From NCBI GenBank assembly GCA_030248215.1, contig JASANG010003696.1, positions 186,001 through 250,000 of the forward strand: 64,000 bases of DNA. Reading direction: 5' to 3'. Of the stretch, positions 61,519 to 64,000 are shown piece by piece. The notes under the pieces are model-generated. The model saw nothing but the letters and a program-made list of their open reading frames with translations. It ran no database searches and was not told the origin of the DNA. Every line of letters starts with the position of its first letter. Positions within the stretch are counted from its first letter, which is position 1. Origin of the DNA: Enoplolaimus lenunculus (Eukaryota). The position numbers and the translations under genes were made by a program.

Positions 61519-64000
61519 CCAGAGTGTAACCGGATTTCCGTTTCCGTTTCTAGCAAATGTTTGCAGTTCGTTGCAGCGTTCACGTTATAAAAGCGCGTGT
61601 AATTTGAGTATTTACACGCTTACAAGTAATTGTTAGATTTTTTAGATTTTGTAATATTACAACGCTGCAAATTATCCGAAAGTGAAAATAAATTAAATTT
61701 TGACTGAACCAAAATTAAGCGATTAACCAAAATATACCTTTTTTACTCGATTCTAAAACGAGTTTGTTAGGTAAACGAGAACTTTAATTTAGACTAGAAA
61801 ATATTCGTAGCAACTTCGACCGCACAACTATTAATTCTACTTGATTCAGATGAGTAATTATAAACATTGCTGATTTAGCATCACAAAACTGCTGCATACC
61901 TGCAATTTTAGAGTTAGCGTACCGTATTGTCTATCATTAGGTGCACCTGCAATATGGAAAACATCAACCACATTCAACTTTTAACGAGTACCAACACACA
62001 TATATATTTATATATATTATATTATATATGTAGATATAAGAATGTAAAATAACATATTTAAAATATTTAAATAAATGCTGCTTATACATAATGCTGACTC
62101 CTATTTGAAATAGTTATAATATATATTATATATATAGATATATATATATATGTATATATATAGATATATATGTATGTATATATAGATATATATAATATTT
62201 TACTCACTGGAGACTACAGCACAATTTTGCCACAAAGCGATAAACGAAATGTTCAACATCTAAATACAAATTACGAATAGCAGCTGTTTTTTGAAAACAA
62301 ATTTTCTAACATAAAACATCAATTACATTTCATTTAAAGAACAAAGAAAACGTTTTACATCGAAAATTACCTGTATCCTGCATGTTATAGAGCACATATT
62401 TGTTATAAATATTCAGTAATTATGACTTTCGTGATCCATTCCATTGTACTATTACCAAATTTTAGTTCAAAATTAGCTTATAAATTGCTACGAAATTAAT
62501 TACCTACCGCTCAAAAATTAATATTGCACTTTTCAAAATAACAGTTTGATTCTAAACGAAATATGTTCACAATTGTAAAAAGTATTGTTTTAATATATAT
62601 ATTTTTGTAAAACTTTTTAAACTGTAAACAGTAAACAGTGAAATTGGCATGCAAGTTTTCACCCATGCTCAGGCTTGACTGCAATTATAATCAAAGTCAA
62701 ACAGATGACAACTAAAATCAAACGCGGTTTGTATTCCAGTAGTTATTTGGGATCCACTGTGGTGCTAAAATTGGAGTTTGAAACGTTCCAGTCGCTACAC
62801 GGACAAACAGGTTATCAGAGCGCAACGCATAAAACCGGCAAACTAGCACTGAATGCATGCAATTAATGCATAATTAACCAAATTGCAAACGCGAACATTC
62901 TCAAAATTTTTATCACGCAAAATAGTATTTCTGTAGTTCTTAAAGGTGAAAAATATGATTAGACAAGGTGCACTTGAAAAGTATATTGATATATTAAAGT
63001 TAGAACGCCCCACATACGTAATTTGGGCAGTGTTTCAGCGCAACAGTAAAAAATAAGTTTGACAGTACAGTATTTTAATTAACTATTACAAACGTATACG
63101 TTGGATCTTTATTTCAACATATCGTTCTAATCTAGAATTTGCGCATACAGGAAGTACGTTACACGGCATATCCTAACTTTTCCAAGTTCTGGATTGCGTT
63201 ACACTTGATTAATATATAACATTCATGTTCGAGATTCTGTTATTTTTTGAAAAATTGTCTTACAAAATATCCAAATAGTCTTTTCTGTTCTGTCGCTAAA
63301 AAACTTCTGACTAAATTCAGAAATACTTTTTTGTGTGTATAAACCACTCCCGTCCAGAATTTAAACATACACATAATTTTGTACCTTGTAAAATTTCCAA
63401 AAACTTACTCAACCCATAAGTACCGACCAAATTATTAATATTTAAATTTGATTCGTTTTGAAGATCACCGTCAAATTTTGAAATTTTGTGTTATTCAAAT
63501 CCATACACAATTTAATTTACTTAAGTGGCTCTAAACAGTCAAGACTCGTTGAAATCAGTCGTCCGAGTCTCTAATGCCCTTAAAGCTGGCGTATAAACGT
63601 TGATTGAAAAATGTGACAATTAATAATATATTTGTGTTGAAAATTAAGACTTTGACAACAGAATTATGCAATATTAATATTAAAGTCTCAATTTCAGGCC
63701 GATAAAGTCTTTATTCAATTTCGATTTCAAAAGCTGCACTTGGCAACGACGTTCCCACCGGGGGCATTGGGCGGCCGTGTCCCCACCTTTCAAATTTGGC
63801 TAGTGGCCGCTCAAACAGATTATGTCGAAAAGTAAACAATCTTGAATTGCAATTGTAGAGGGCTCCAACATTATTCGGCGCCCCCCCAAATACAATTTTC
63901 TGCGGACGCCAGAAACACTTGGTCAAAGGTGTAGCTAAGATTTCATTTCGGAAAGATCCTAATGAATTTTTTGAAACAGCTTATTGTGAACCCAGTTAAA

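Overview
Eukaryotic, AT-rich, intron-containing genomic DNA, probably from a nematode. This is inferred from abundant TTAGGC telomere-type hexamers and TTTCAG/TTTTAG splice acceptors. Three spliced genes can be rebuilt by hand with consistent intron phases. (1) A CDV3-like gene on the minus strand (6 exons, 433 aa). (2) Head-to-head with it, the ciliary transition-zone gene B9D1/mksr-1, with two upstream RFX X-boxes and a possible 316-aa C-terminal extension exon. (3) A ~1,961-aa, mostly low-complexity T/N/Q/S-rich protein with a 4.36-kb exon. Its last ~20 residues, split by an intron, read VHTDFFN|DFEDLLDDSNIL*, the signature tail of COP9 signalosome subunit 9 (CSN9/CSNAP/MYEOV2), normally a ~57-aa micro-protein. 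The rest of the window is dense with non-autonomous transposons: ~20 copies of a TTAGGC-carrying MITE with GG-terminal TIRs and 8-bp TSDs, several hAT-type MITE families, PIF/Harbinger-, Tc1/mariner- and CACT-type MITEs, a tRNA-derived SINE, a DINE/HINE-like element holding a 175-bp satellite, and several minisatellites. No autonomous transposase or CRISPR array was seen. Homology calls come from recalled family motifs, not database searches.
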